A stretch of 64,000 nt of DNA. Source: an uncultured cyanobacterium (GTDB taxonomy: Bacteria; Cyanobacteriota; Cyanobacteriia; PCC-6307; Cyanobiaceae). Shown here one piece after another: positions 40,165 to 50,288 of the stretch. Position 1 is the stretch's first letter. Every line of letters starts with the position of its first letter. A program made the translations under genes and the position numbers. The notes beneath the pieces were generated by a model. That model saw only the letters and a program-made list of their open reading frames with translations. It was not told where the DNA came from and ran no database searches. Location: the NCBI GenBank assembly GCA_963697335.1, contig CAVONQ010000010.1, positions 32,001 through 96,000 on the forward strand, read 5' to 3'.

Positions 40165-40965
40165 ATGCGGTCCAAGCCACCAGCATTCTCCAGTTCCGCG
40201 GGGACCAGCTCCGAGCAGGCCCGTTTCGAGCAGGCCAGGCGTGGGCGCTGGTTGCCCGCCAGCCGCCTCGGGGGCTCCTGGCAGATGGCCATCGATGCCT
40301 GGCTGTTCACCCAGGAGCGTCCCGCCTTCCGCCTCTACCGCTGGCTGCGCCCCACCCTCTCCCTGGGCCATCACCAGCGCCGCTGGCCTGAGCACTGGCT
40401 GGAGCTGGCTGCTGCGGGCCGGATCGATCTGGTGCGTCGCCCCAGCGGCGGCCGGGCCGTGCTCCATGGCGGCGACCTCAGCTACGCGCTGGTCTGGCCC
40501 ACGCCCCCCCCGAGCAAAGTGGAGGCCTACGCCCAGGCCAGCCGCTGGCTGCGGCTGGCCTTCGAGCAGCTCGGCCAGCCCCTGCGGCCTGGTGGTGATC
40601 AGCCCTCGCTGCGGTCGGCCAACTGCTTCGAGTTGGCCACGGCCGCGGATCTGGTCCACGCCGATGGCAGCAAGCGGATTGGCAGCGCCCAGCTCTGGCG
40701 GGGTGGCCGGCTGCTCCAGCACGGCTCGATCCAGATGGCGCCTTCGGCCAGCCTCTGGCAGGAGCTGTTCGGCACGGCAGCCCCGCGCCTGAAGCCGCTT
40801 CCCTGCGCAGGCCAGGAGCTCGAAGCGGTGCTCCAGGAGGCGGCTCGGCAGCAGCTGCCCTTTTCGCTGCCGGCCCTCAGTCCGGAGCCGTTGCGAGCCC
40901 TGGAGCTGGCCGCAGTGGCTGAGTTGCTGGAGCTGGGCGATCCCTCAGGTGCCGGCATTGGCTGA
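40165..40965 (+). CDS. lipoate-protein ligase A family protein
   Basis: QMAID, RLYRW..PTLSLG, VRRPSGGRAVLH, KRIGSAQ, LLQHGSI. Confidence 0.9.
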   Translation: MRSKPPAFSSSAGTSSEQARFEQARRGRWLPASRLGGSWQMAIDAWLFTQERPAFRLYRWLRPTLSLGHHQRRWPEHWLELAAAGRIDLVRRPSGGRAVLHGGDLSYALVWPTPPPSKVEAYAQASRWLRLAFEQLGQPLRPGGDQPSLRSANCFELATAADLVHADGSKRIGSAQLWRGGRLLQHGSIQMAPSASLWQELFGTAAPRLKPLPCAGQELEAVLQEAARQQLPFSLPALSPEPLRALELAAVAELLELGDPSGAGIG

Positions 40966-42201
40966 GGGCTGGGCCTCCCCCGAGGCGACCATGCTGCGCA
41001 CCACCTGGGGCAGGGCCAGGCCGAGGGGGTAGATGTTCTGACGCCGGGCCGCTTCCAGCAGAGGTGCAGGCAGCTTCAGACCCAGTTTCTGCAGCACAGC
41101 CTCACCCAGATCGGGTCGTTCCAGGGTGCCGCAGGGTAGCCCTGCAGGGCTGAGAACCAGCAATCGGGTGGCCTGGTCGGCTTCGAGCAGTTGCACCGCC
41201 TGCCAGAGCGGCGCCGTTTCGGCGATCGAGGGCAGGCTGGAGAGGGGCTGGAGATGGTCGGCGATGCGGTCGCTGTCCCAGCGCTGCACGGGGATCTCCT
41301 TGAGGGTGGCGTCGTCGATCACGCCCTGCCAGCGGCCCCGCTCACACACCAGCAGCCAGTCGGGGATACCCACCGGGCTGGGCTCGCTGAGCCGGACGCG
41401 GCTCACCTCCCGCAGGGTTGCATGGGCTTCCAGCACCCGGAAACGGCGGCCCGCGGCCTCCTTCACCTGCAGGGTGCTGAGGGCGCTCTGCAGGGTCAGC
41501 AGCTGCTGCTGGTTGCGCACGGCGCCGAGTCCGAACCAGCCCAGCAGGATCAGCCAGGCCCCACTGATGCCACCGCCCCGCAGCAGCAGGACCGTGCCCA
41601 GGGCCATGGCCCCGAAGGCCAGAAAGCGGCCACAGGCATTGGCCACCTCCACGCCGCGCCGCTGGCTGCCGCTGGCCTGCCACACGAGCGCCTTGACGAT
41701 CAGGCCGCCGTCCAGCGGCAGACCCGGCAGCAGGTTGAACAGCGCCAGCACCATGTTGAGGGTGCCGAGCTCGGACACCATTGCCCCCAGCCAGGGGGCC
41801 AGGTGGCTGGCGGCATGGGTGGAGGCCAGCAGCGCCCCTCCCAGCACCAGGCTCACAGCAGGGCCGGCCGCCGCCACCTTCAGGGCGCCGATGGCGGTGC
41901 TGCACTCGCGCTCCACACTGGCCACCCCACCCAGCAGGAACAGGGTGATGCTGCGCACCTTCACCCCTTCGCCCAGGGCCACGAAGGAGTGGCCGAGCTC
42001 ATGCAGCAGCACGGAGACGAACAGCAGCAGGGCCGTGCCCAGGCCCAGACCCCAGAGGCCGGCGGCTCCCACGGTGGTACCGAGGCCAACGCTGTACTGC
42101 TGTTGGAAGGCAGCGGTGGCCACCAGCAGGATCACAAACCAGCTCGGGTGGATCCGCAGCGGGATGCCGCGGATGCTCATCAGCTGCCAACCCTCACCCA
42201 C
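40945..42201 (-). CDS. site-2 protease (M50) with degenerate CBS domains
   Basis: HELGH, AAAGP, FNLLPGLPLDGG; start GTG 42201 (alternative 42210). Confidence 0.92.
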   Translation of the reverse strand: MGEGWQLMSIRGIPLRIHPSWFVILLVATAAFQQQYSVGLGTTVGAAGLWGLGLGTALLLFVSVLLHELGHSFVALGEGVKVRSITLFLLGGVASVERECSTAIGALKVAAAGPAVSLVLGGALLASTHAASHLAPWLGAMVSELGTLNMVLALFNLLPGLPLDGGLIVKALVWQASGSQRRGVEVANACGRFLAFGAMALGTVLLLRGGGISGAWLILLGWFGLGAVRNQQQLLTLQSALSTLQVKEAAGRRFRVLEAHATLREVSRVRLSEPSPVGIPDWLLVCERGRWQGVIDDATLKEIPVQRWDSDRIADHLQPLSSLPSIAETAPLWQAVQLLEADQATRLLVLSPAGLPCGTLERPDLGEAVLQKLGLKLPAPLLEAARRQNIYPLGLALPQVVRSMVASGEAQPSANAGT

Positions 42202-42237
42202 AGGTTTCACTCACAGGTTTCACTCATCGGTTTCACC
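42199..42237. repeat. 13-bp tandem repeat CACAGGTTTCACT x2 plus a degenerate third copy
   Basis: Exact at 42199-42211 and 42212-42224; CATCGGTTTCACC at 42225-42237. Confidence 0.85.
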
Positions 42238-42319
42238 AACAGCTCTACTTTCCGATACCGGTGGCGCTCCGGCGGTTGTCAACCCCGATCCTAGAAAGCT
42301 GTTCTCCTCCCCGCTGCCG

Positions 42320-42982
42320 ATGCGGCCTCGCACCCAACTCAAGATCTGCGGACTGCGCGATCCCAGCCAGGCTGCTGCGGTGGCAGCCCTCGGGGTGGAG
42401 GCGATCGGGGTGATCGCCGTGCCGTCCTCGCCCCGCTTCGTGGCCGAGGCGCAGCGACCGGCCCTGTTCGCCGCCATTGAGGCGGTGGCTCCGGCCTGTG
42501 CCGGCGTGCTGGTGGTGGCCGACCCCTCCGAGCAGGAGCTGGCCGCGCTGATGCCAGAGCGGGGGCATCGGATCGTGCAGCTGCACGGCGGCGAGCGCCC
42601 TGAGCAGTGCGGGGCCCTGCGCCGGCGCCTGGGCTGCACGCTCTGGAAGGCCCTGCGGATCCGCTCCGCGGCCGACCTGGCCCAGGCCCAGGCCTATGGC
42701 GGCCATGTGGATGCCCTGCTGCTGGATGCCTGGGTGCCGGATCAGCTGGGCGGCACGGGCCATCGGATTCCCCTGGAGTGGCTGGAGGGGTGGGAAAGCC
42801 CCCTGCCCTGGTGGCTGGCGGGCGGCATGGCACCCGAGCGGGTCGCCGGCGTACTCGCCAAGGTCCGTCCCACCGGTCTGGATGCCTCCAGCGGCGTTGA
42901 GCGTGCTCCAGCCGACAAAGACCTCAGCAGGGTGGCGGCCCTGGTGGCGGCCGTGAAGGGCAGCAGCTTCCCAGGCCCCTGA
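42320..42982 (+). CDS. trpF: phosphoribosylanthranilate isomerase
   Basis: KICGL, SPRFV, VQLHG, LLDA...GGTG, WLAGG, DASSGVE. Confidence 0.95.
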   Translation: MRPRTQLKICGLRDPSQAAAVAALGVEAIGVIAVPSSPRFVAEAQRPALFAAIEAVAPACAGVLVVADPSEQELAALMPERGHRIVQLHGGERPEQCGALRRRLGCTLWKALRIRSAADLAQAQAYGGHVDALLLDAWVPDQLGGTGHRIPLEWLEGWESPLPWWLAGGMAPERVAGVLAKVRPTGLDASSGVERAPADKDLSRVAALVAAVKGSSFPGP

Positions 42983-43017
42983 AGCGTCAGAATCCAGGCA
43001 CGTCACGACCTGCCCCC

Positions 43018-43548
43018 ATGGTGTCCCTGCAAGCGTTCCGTCGCGGCTGCTTCGCCGCGCTGCTGCTGGTGTGGGGCGTGCCTGCCCAGGCCCAGGACCT
43101 GGTGGGCTGCCAGCTGCTCGATGGCCAGCTCTCCTGTGTGCCCGGGGTCAGCACCAATCCCGAGGCCCAGATCAAGGCCCTGCGCCAGGAGATTGCTGGC
43201 ACCATCAGCCAGGAGGATGCTGTGGAACAGAGCATCAAGGGCTTGGAATCCCTGGAGCTGGCGGGCGAGACCAGTGAGGGTGCCTTGCTTCAGGCGGTGG
43301 CGGATGCCGATGCCCTGGCGGCCTTGCCCGCTTCGGCCTACCACTGGTATCGCCTGTCGGTGGATGACACCACCTGGCTGTTGATCAGCGGTGCGCAAGG
43401 CCCCACCTATGTGCTCCAGCCCGAGGATGTAGGCAGGGAGGTGATGCTCGTGGTCACCGTAGATGGTCGGGATGGGAGCTCCGAGACGATGGCGAAGCCA
43501 TCGAGCCGTCGGCAGGCCAGCCCGCCGGTAGGGCCGATTCGGCCTTGA
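43018..43548 (+). CDS. hypothetical secreted protein with Ig-like C-terminal domain
   Basis: Signal peptide ending AQA; YHWYR...ISGAQGPTYVL.PEDVG. Confidence 0.7.
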   Translation: MVSLQAFRRGCFAALLLVWGVPAQAQDLVGCQLLDGQLSCVPGVSTNPEAQIKALRQEIAGTISQEDAVEQSIKGLESLELAGETSEGALLQAVADADALAALPASAYHWYRLSVDDTTWLLISGAQGPTYVLQPEDVGREVMLVVTVDGRDGSSETMAKPSSRRQASPPVGPIRP

Positions 43549-43554
43549 TCCGGG

Positions 43555-44298
43555 TCAGGTTGAGAGAACGGCTTCTTGCTGTTTTACGAGCTCAAAGAAT
43601 TCCGACTTGAGGCTTGGATCGTGACGGAAGTCTCCACGCACGATGGAGTTCACCATGCTGGTCTGGGGCTCCTTGACCCCACGCCACTTCATGCAATAGT
43701 GCTGTGCCTTCACCAGAATCGCCAGCCCCTGGGGCTTGCAGAGGCGCTCGATTTCATCAGCCAGGATCATCACGGCCTCTTCCTGGATGTGGGGCCTGGA
43801 GAATACCCAGTCGGCCACACGGGAGAATTTGGACAGGCCGATCACCTGGTCGCCAGGCTTGATCCCGATCCAGCAGTTGCCGAGAATCGGCACCAGGTGG
43901 TGCGAGCAGGCCGAGCGCACTGAGATGGGGCCAACGGTGTAGATCTCATCCAGCTTCTTGACATTCGGGAAGCTGGCGATCTTTGGCTGGTGGTGGTAGC
44001 GACCCTTGAACACCTCATGCAGGTACATGCGCGCGACGCGCTCGGCGGTTTCTTCGGTGTTGTGGTCGTTGTCGATATCGATCACAAGACTGCGCAGCAG
44101 TTCGCGCACCTTGCCTGCCACCTCGATCTCGAGCTGATCGAGCTCACCTTCCTGGAGGTGGTTGGCGATGTTGTCGTTGGCGAAGAAGGCCACGCCCTCC
44201 TTCTCGAGGCGATCCCGGATGCGCAGCGAAACGGGCATGGGGGTGGTGTTCGGCGCCGAGCCGCTGGCACTGAAACTGGAAGGAAACGTGGACGTCAT
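43555..44298 (-). CDS. folE: GTP cyclohydrolase I
   Basis: ETAERVARMY, SACSHHLVP, GLSKFSR, IQEE, HYCMKWRGV. Confidence 0.95.
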   Translation of the reverse strand: MTSTFPSSFSASGSAPNTTPMPVSLRIRDRLEKEGVAFFANDNIANHLQEGELDQLEIEVAGKVRELLRSLVIDIDNDHNTEETAERVARMYLHEVFKGRYHHQPKIASFPNVKKLDEIYTVGPISVRSACSHHLVPILGNCWIGIKPGDQVIGLSKFSRVADWVFSRPHIQEEAVMILADEIERLCKPQGLAILVKAQHYCMKWRGVKEPQTSMVNSIVRGDFRHDPSLKSEFFELVKQQEAVLST

Positions 44299-44303
44299 AG
44301 GAG

Positions 44304-45014
44304 TCAGAGCGCGCCGGCGGCCGGCATAAGGGTCAGATCGTCCACCACCTGGGTGGCGGGCTGTTGGGCCAGGTACAGCAGGGCATCGGCGGCCCGCTCA
44401 GAATCAAGCATGGCATGGCGATCAAATGAACTGTGGACGGTTTCACTGTCCCAGAGGGGAGTATTCACCGCACCCAGGGTGAGCGTGCTGACACGAATGC
44501 CATGGCCCCGCTCTTCCACAGCCAAACAACGGCTGAGCGAAGCGAGGGCCGCCTTGCTGACGCAATAGGCTCCCCAGTCGGGGAAGGCCTGGTGCGCGGC
44601 ATGGCTGCTCACGTTGATGATCAATCCCCCTCCCCGGGCCCGTAGTCGGGGCACCAGGCACTGGCAGACCTGGAACACCGCCGTGAGATTGAGCTGCATG
44701 AGCTGCTGCCACTGGGCCAGGGCCATGGTGGTCAACGCTCCGGTGTAGGCCATACCGGCGTTGTTGATCACCACATCGGGTTCGAGGCCCCGGGAGCAGA
44801 GATCCTCCAGCCCCGGGCCCACGCTGTCGGGCTGGCCGAGGTCGATGGCCTCGATTTCCACCCGGCAGCCTGAGCTGGCCAGGTCAGCCGCCTGGTGCGC
44901 CAGGGACTGGCGATCGCGGGCAAGCAGCAGCAGATCGAAACCTGCCGCCGCAAAACGCCGAGCTGTTGCAGCCCCAATCCCTCGGGACGAGCCGGTGATC
45001 AGAACTGTGGGCAA
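44304..45014 (-). CDS. SDR oxidoreductase
   Basis: ITGSSRGIG, NNAG, YCVSK; TTG start inferred (alternative 45092). Confidence 0.9.
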   Translation of the reverse strand: MPTVLITGSSRGIGAATARRFAAAGFDLLLLARDRQSLAHQAADLASSGCRVEIEAIDLGQPDSVGPGLEDLCSRGLEPDVVINNAGMAYTGALTTMALAQWQQLMQLNLTAVFQVCQCLVPRLRARGGGLIINVSSHAAHQAFPDWGAYCVSKAALASLSRCLAVEERGHGIRVSTLTLGAVNTPLWDSETVHSSFDRHAMLDSERAADALLYLAQQPATQVVDDLTLMPAAGAL

Positions 45015-45095
45015 GGGGGAAGGGGGTGACGACGGCTTGGAAGGCTGGTAACCGAGGACCTCGGTGAGGGCCCTTCCAAGCGGTTGACTCAAACC

Positions 45096-46085
45096 TTAAG
45101 GGCGGAGCGAGCGCTCTGGGGCACCGGATTCCAGCACCTGGCCCATGCGGCGAAACTTCTCGTAGCGCGCCTGCTGCAAAGCGGCGGCGTCCAGGCTGCT
45201 CAGCTGGCCGAGGTGATCGAGCAGGGCGGCCTTGAGGGTGTCGGCCGCCTGCAGCGGCGCCCAGTGGTTACCCCCTGAGGGTTCCGGCAACACCTGATCC
45301 ACAATGCCGAGCCTGAGCAGATCGGCTCCGGTGATCTTCAGGGCTTCGGCGGCCTCGGGGGCCTTGCCGGCGTCGCGCCAGAGGATCGAGGCGCAGGCCT
45401 CCGGTGACGCCACCGTGTAGACGCTGTGCTCGAACATCAGCAGTCGATCGGCCACGCCGATGCCGAGGGCACCACCCGATCCCCCCTCACCGATCACCGT
45501 GGCCAGGATCGGCACCCGCAGCCGGAACATCTCGCGCAGGTTCACCGCAATCGCCTCCCCCTGGCCCTGCTCCTCGGCCAGAACACCGGCATAGGCCCCG
45601 GGGGTGTCGATGAAACTCAGAATCGGCAGCCGAAAGCGGTCGGCATGCTCCATCAGCCGCATCGCCTTGCGGTAGCCGCCCGGCGAGGCCATGCCGAAGT
45701 TGCGGGCCACGTTCTCCTTGGTGTCGCGCCCCTTCTGGTGACCCAGCAGCATCACGCTGATGCCGTTCACCCGGCCCACACCCCCCACCAGGGCCTGGTC
45801 GTCAGAGCCGCGGCGGTCGCCGTGCAGCTCGAGGAAGCTGTCAGTGATCAGCTGGATGTAATCGAGGGTGCTGGGTCGCTGGGGGTGGCGGGCCACCTGG
45901 ATCTTCTGGGCGGCACTGAGGCCGTCGAAGATCTCCTTGCGCCGCCTGGTGGCCAGGGTTTCCAGCTGCAGCAGCTGCTGGCTCACATCCACTTCGGAGT
46001 CACGCGCCAACTGGCGGATCTGCTCGATCTGATCCTCCAGTTCCACCAGAGGTTTTTCAAATTCGAGCAGAGCGCGGCGGGCCAT
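45096..46085 (-). CDS. accA: acetyl-CoA carboxylase carboxyltransferase alpha subunit
   Basis: [32 protein letters not shown]. Confidence 0.98.
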   Translation of the reverse strand: MARRALLEFEKPLVELEDQIEQIRQLARDSEVDVSQQLLQLETLATRRRKEIFDGLSAAQKIQVARHPQRPSTLDYIQLITDSFLELHGDRRGSDDQALVGGVGRVNGISVMLLGHQKGRDTKENVARNFGMASPGGYRKAMRLMEHADRFRLPILSFIDTPGAYAGVLAEEQGQGEAIAVNLREMFRLRVPILATVIGEGGSGGALGIGVADRLLMFEHSVYTVASPEACASILWRDAGKAPEAAEALKITGADLLRLGIVDQVLPEPSGGNHWAPLQAADTLKAALLDHLGQLSSLDAAALQQARYEKFRRMGQVLESGAPERSLRP

Positions 46086-46121
46086 GGGGTGGCTGGGGAG
46101 CGAGGGGGAAGAGCTCGGTCG

Positions 46122-47171
46122 TCAGGCGATCGAGAGGGCGGGTGATGGGGAGCCGGCCGGCTCCAGGCCCAGGGATTGGAAGCCGTGGCGCAAGGAGGCT
46201 TCGCCGATCAGGTCCATGGCGGCCAGGTTGATGTTGTTGCGCCCCCAGCTGAAGTTGGTATGGATGTCTTCGAAGTCGAGCAGCATGGCCTCCGCAAAGC
46301 AGGCAAACATCTGCCGCTCGGGCACCGCCATCTCGGCCAGCTCCATCATCTGCCAGCCGATGTCCTGCCAGAACTCGACAATGCCGCCCTTGAGCACGTG
46401 AATGCCCTCGGCGGCGGCCTTGGTGTCGAGGTTCTTGGGGTAGCCGCCGTCGATCATCAGGCAGGGGCGCTTGAGGCTGCCGGTGTCGATGGTGAGGCTC
46501 TGGGGCAGGCTGGCCACCCATACCACCACGTCAGCCTCGGGCAGGGCCGCCTCCAGGGGCAGGATCCTGCCTTCCCCCAGGCTTTCCTGCAGCTCCACCA
46601 GGGGTTGGGGTCGCCTGGCCACCAACAGCAGTTCGCCAACGCCCGTGCGCTGCAGCCAACGGCAGACGGCACTGCCGATGTCGCCGCTGGCGCCCACCAC
46701 GGCCACATTGGCCCTGGCCAGGTCGATGCCCAGTTTTGGGGCGTTGCGCTCCACCTGCTGACAGATCACCCAGGCGGTGTGGGTGTTGCCGGTGGTGAAG
46801 CGACTCCAATCGAGCTGGACGGCACTGATGCGTTCTTCGCGCAGCAGATTGAGGTCTTCGAAGATGATCGAGGTAAAACCACCCAGGGCGGTGATGTCAA
46901 TGCCAGAGCGTTGCACCAGCTCCATGGCTTTGAGCACCTTGCGCTTGGCCGTCTTGAAACGACGCAACATCTCCGGCACAAACACCGAATCGATGTAGGC
47001 GCCCTTGATCACTTTCCCGGTGCGGCTGGTCACCTGCACATGCTCGACCAGCTGGGGTGGCGCTGCACACCACATATCGAGGTCCCCATCGGCGAACTCG
47101 TCAAATCCCAGGGAGCGAGCCTTGGCCCTGGCCTCCTCAAAGCTGGTGGAGTGCCCGATGAGGCCGAACAT
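46122..47171 (-). CDS. aar: long-chain acyl-ACP reductase
   Basis: [40 protein letters not shown]. Confidence 0.97.
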   Translation of the reverse strand: MFGLIGHSTSFEEARAKARSLGFDEFADGDLDMWCAAPPQLVEHVQVTSRTGKVIKGAYIDSVFVPEMLRRFKTAKRKVLKAMELVQRSGIDITALGGFTSIIFEDLNLLREERISAVQLDWSRFTTGNTHTAWVICQQVERNAPKLGIDLARANVAVVGASGDIGSAVCRWLQRTGVGELLLVARRPQPLVELQESLGEGRILPLEAALPEADVVVWVASLPQSLTIDTGSLKRPCLMIDGGYPKNLDTKAAAEGIHVLKGGIVEFWQDIGWQMMELAEMAVPERQMFACFAEAMLLDFEDIHTNFSWGRNNINLAAMDLIGEASLRHGFQSLGLEPAGSPSPALSIA

Positions 47172-47181
47172 GCGCAGAAGT

Positions 47182-47209
47182 GGAGGATGTCGCGGACGCT
47201 ACATCCTCC
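47182..47209. promoter_or_regulatory. stem-loop between ado and aar
   Basis: GGAGGATGT (47182-47190) / ACATCCTCC (47201-47209) perfect 9-bp inverted repeat. Confidence 0.7.
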
Positions 47210-47231
47210 CATGGGGGTGTGGGGCAGCTCG

Positions 47232-47975
47232 TCAGCCGACCAGAGCAGCGGCAGCAAGCTTGGCGATTTCGCGGCTGGTGAAGCCGATGTCCATCAGGGC
47301 CTCCTGGTAGGAACTGAGGAAATCGGCCATCAGGTCTTCCTTGTCCATCAGCAGCACGGCGGCGTCATCGGCCACCTGATCGAGCATCTTGCGCACGAGT
47401 GGCAGATTCTCCCGGTTGGCCTGCTCAAGCTCCTCTCGCACGTTGTCCAGATTGGCCTTGAGCCACTCCTGGCCATAGTTGAGGTGGGTGTACTCATCCT
47501 TGACCACCCCCTCAGTGATGCGGCGGGCGAAGGGGTCGGCCACCGGGATGTAGATGTGGTAGGCCGAAATGGCGAAAGCTTCGATCAGGATGGCCTGAAT
47601 CAGCAGACAGGTGGTGACCTTGCCTTCCTCCAGGGCCTTCTGGAAGTTCCTGTGCAGCGGGGAGAAGAATTCCTTGGCGAACGGCATGTCCGCCGTGACA
47701 CTCAGGTTGTTGGCACAGGCGGTAAAGCCCTTCATGTGCTTCAGCTCCATGCGGGCCAGCTTGGCCAGCTCATCGGCCTGGTCAGGGATCAGGGTGCCCA
47801 AGGCGATGTAGTTGTCGTGGGCTTCCTGCTCACCCTCGATCACGATCGCATTGATGCGGCTGTAAGCGTCCTTGTAGGTGGGGCTGGCGAAATCCGGCAG
47901 ACCGTCGGCCGGAGTCTGGCCGTTGCTGGCAGCACCGGTGGTTTCGACGACAGCAGGGTGGGCGACAGATGCCAT
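47232..47975 (-). CDS. ado: aldehyde-deformylating oxygenase
   Basis: [47 protein letters not shown]. Confidence 0.97.
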   Translation of the reverse strand: MASVAHPAVVETTGAASNGQTPADGLPDFASPTYKDAYSRINAIVIEGEQEAHDNYIALGTLIPDQADELAKLARMELKHMKGFTACANNLSVTADMPFAKEFFSPLHRNFQKALEEGKVTTCLLIQAILIEAFAISAYHIYIPVADPFARRITEGVVKDEYTHLNYGQEWLKANLDNVREELEQANRENLPLVRKMLDQVADDAAVLLMDKEDLMADFLSSYQEALMDIGFTSREIAKLAAAALVG

Positions 47976-48091
47976 AGGGGCCGCAGCTCAAGCAATGGCC
48001 AGACTGTAACCACCCCTGGTGAAACTCGGCCCAGCGGTTGCCCGAACAGCACCGTTGCCGGAACAGCCCAGTGGCCCCAGGTCTGCCCGGT

Positions 48092-48946
48092 TCAGGCGCC
48101 CGCCTGCTCCGCCGGCGGGGGAACGGGCGGCCAGTCGCTGGCCAGCAGGGACTCCAGCCGGCGCGTCCACCCGTCCACCAGGCGTTCGAACAGGTCGGCG
48201 CCCAGGGCCGCCGTGGCCCCCCGGCTGTCGCCGATCACGCCGCTGCTGGTGAGGTCGTGGCTCAGCCAGGCGCAGGGGGCCGCCCCCTCCAGACTCCAGC
48301 CCTCGGGGGGCGCCGGTCCCTCCACCCCATCGCGGGGGCGCTCGGGTCCCACCAGTTCGGGGGCTAGATGGAGCATCAGACTGGTTTCCGCCAGGCCGGC
48401 ATGGAGGCCTTGCAGCCGTTCGGCCTGGGGCAACAGCGGGCCCAGCCCCTCCGGCCCGCTCCACAGGAAGCAGGGCAACACGGCCATCTGGGGCGCGGCG
48501 GCCCGCAGCTGCCGCGCTGCCGCCTGCAGCAGCGCGATCTGGCCGCCGTGGCCGTTGAGCAGCACGAGCCTGCGGAATCCGGCAGAAGCGAGCTGCTGGC
48601 CGATGCCCTGCACCAGGTCCACCACCACATGGGAGGGCAGGCTCAGGGTGCCGGGGAAGCCCAGGTGCTCCGGCGAAAACCCCATGGGTTGGAGCGGCAG
48701 TCGCCAGATGGGCCGATCCTGCGGCAGCCGGGCCAGCACCGCTTCCACCAGTCGCTCAGCGAAGACGGCGTCGGTGCCTAGGGGCAACTGGGGGCCGTGC
48801 TGCTCCACAGCACCCCAGGGCCAGACCACGGTGCTGCCGTCACGAGCCGCGGCCCGCTGCAGCTCGGGCCAGGGCAGCGCCATCAGTTCGTGCTGCAGGG
48901 GCATGGGGGCGGCCGGAGTCGGAGCGGAAGGGGGCTGGCGTGGCAT
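48092..48946 (-). CDS. creatininase family amidohydrolase
   Basis: GAVEQHGPQLPLGTD, SPEHLGFPGT, NGHGG, HAGLAETS. Confidence 0.9.
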   Translation of the reverse strand: MPRQPPSAPTPAAPMPLQHELMALPWPELQRAAARDGSTVVWPWGAVEQHGPQLPLGTDAVFAERLVEAVLARLPQDRPIWRLPLQPMGFSPEHLGFPGTLSLPSHVVVDLVQGIGQQLASAGFRRLVLLNGHGGQIALLQAAARQLRAAAPQMAVLPCFLWSGPEGLGPLLPQAERLQGLHAGLAETSLMLHLAPELVGPERPRDGVEGPAPPEGWSLEGAAPCAWLSHDLTSSGVIGDSRGATAALGADLFERLVDGWTRRLESLLASDWPPVPPPAEQAGA

Positions 48947-49025
48947 CGGGACGGGGCGGCCCTGGGTCCCGCCGAATCCCCATGAATCCAATCTCTACAG
49001 TGTGCTGCGCTCAGCAGCAGCACCG

Positions 49026-50288
49026 ATGGCCGGATCAGGCAACAGTTCGCCCGCCCCGTCCTCCCGGCCCGTGCCGCCGAGGCCGCCCCGTTCTGGCGCG
49101 GAGCCCCCGCAGCGCAAGCCCCCTCAGGTGTTGCTGATCAAGAAGGATCAGCCGGCCGCCCCGGTGCCGGCGGCCCCGCTGGTGGCTGACCAGGATTCCC
49201 CAGCCAGCCCCCGAGCGGCGTCACCGGTCCACACGCCCCAGACCCAGCCCCCGGCAGCCCCGCGGAGCGACGACGAGCTGTTTGACCTGGGGGGAATGGA
49301 GGGCCTCACCATGGCCGACCTGCTGGGGCCCGATGGCTCCCGCCAGGCCCGTCCCCGAGCCGCCGAGTCCCCTGGTCGGCCCGCCAGCCGCAGCGTCGAC
49401 GAGTTCGACTTTGACGAACAGGCCTTTCTCGCCGCGCTTGACGAGCAGGACTTCGTGGGCTCCACCGGTGAGGTGGTGACCGGTGTGGTGGTGGGCCTCG
49501 AGAGCGACGGTGTCTATGTGGACATCGGCGGCAAGGCGCCGGGCTTCATGCCCAAGAAGGAAGCCGCCCTCGGCGTGATCACCAACCTCAAGGAGCGCTT
49601 CCCCAGCGGCACCGCCGTGGAGGTGCTGGTGACCCGGGAGCAGAACGCCGACGGCATGGTCACGGTGAGTGCCCGCGCCCTGGCCCTGCGCCACAGCTGG
49701 GAGAAGGTGCGGACGCTTGAGAAGGAGGGCAAGGTGGTACAGGTCAAGGTGAGCGGCTTCAACCGTGGCGGCGTCACCTGTGATCTCGAGGGGCTCAGGG
49801 GCTTCATTCCCCGCTCCCAGCTCGTGGAGGGGGAGAACCACGAGGCTTTGGTGGGCAAGACCCTGGGGGTCACGTTCCTGGAGGTGAATGCCGAGACCCA
49901 CAAGCTGGTGCTCTCGGAGAAGAAGGCCGCCACAGCGGCTCGCTTCAGCCAGCTGGAGGTGGGCCAGCTGGTGGAGGGCGTGGTGGTGTCGGTGAAGCCC
50001 TACGGCTTCTTTGTGGATCTGGGCGGCATCAGTGGGCTGCTGCACGCCAGCTGCATCACCGGTGCCGAGCTGCGCGATCTGCGCGAGGCATTCAGCCAGG
50101 GGGAGCGGCTCTGCGCCCTCGTCACCGACCTTGACCCCGGGCGGGGTCGCATTGCCCTGAACACGGCCCTGCTGGAGGGCCAGGCCGGGGAGCTGCTGGT
50201 GGACAAACAGCGGGTGATGGAGGAGGCCGCCGACAGGGCCAATCGGGCCCGTTCGCTGCTGCGTCAGCAAGAACAGGCGGCCGGATGA
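49026..50288 (+). CDS. S1 RNA-binding domain protein (ribosomal protein S1 homologue B)
   Basis: Three S1 domains (VYVDIGGK, GFIPRSQL, PYGFFVDLGG); true start ATG 49026 inside the spurious 1370-aa ORF. Confidence 0.9.
   Translation: MAGSGNSSPAPSSRPVPPRPPRSGAEPPQRKPPQVLLIKKDQPAAPVPAAPLVADQDSPASPRAASPVHTPQTQPPAAPRSDDELFDLGGMEGLTMADLLGPDGSRQARPRAAESPGRPASRSVDEFDFDEQAFLAALDEQDFVGSTGEVVTGVVVGLESDGVYVDIGGKAPGFMPKKEAALGVITNLKERFPSGTAVEVLVTREQNADGMVTVSARALALRHSWEKVRTLEKEGKVVQVKVSGFNRGGVTCDLEGLRGFIPRSQLVEGENHEALVGKTLGVTFLEVNAETHKLVLSEKKAATAARFSQLEVGQLVEGVVVSVKPYGFFVDLGGISGLLHASCITGAELRDLREAFSQGERLCALVTDLDPGRGRIALNTALLEGQAGELLVDKQRVMEEAADRANRARSLLRQQEQAAG

Noticed and set aside
46122..47975. Possible ADO-AAR read-through fusion (genes are in the same frame)
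   Set aside because: A second in-frame stop (TAG) lies in the 60-bp spacer.
46176..50288. 1370-aa ORF on the + strand
   Set aside because: The first ~950 codons are the antisense shadow of aar, ado (same frame) and the creatininase gene in GC-rich DNA; only 49026-50288 encodes S1 domains.
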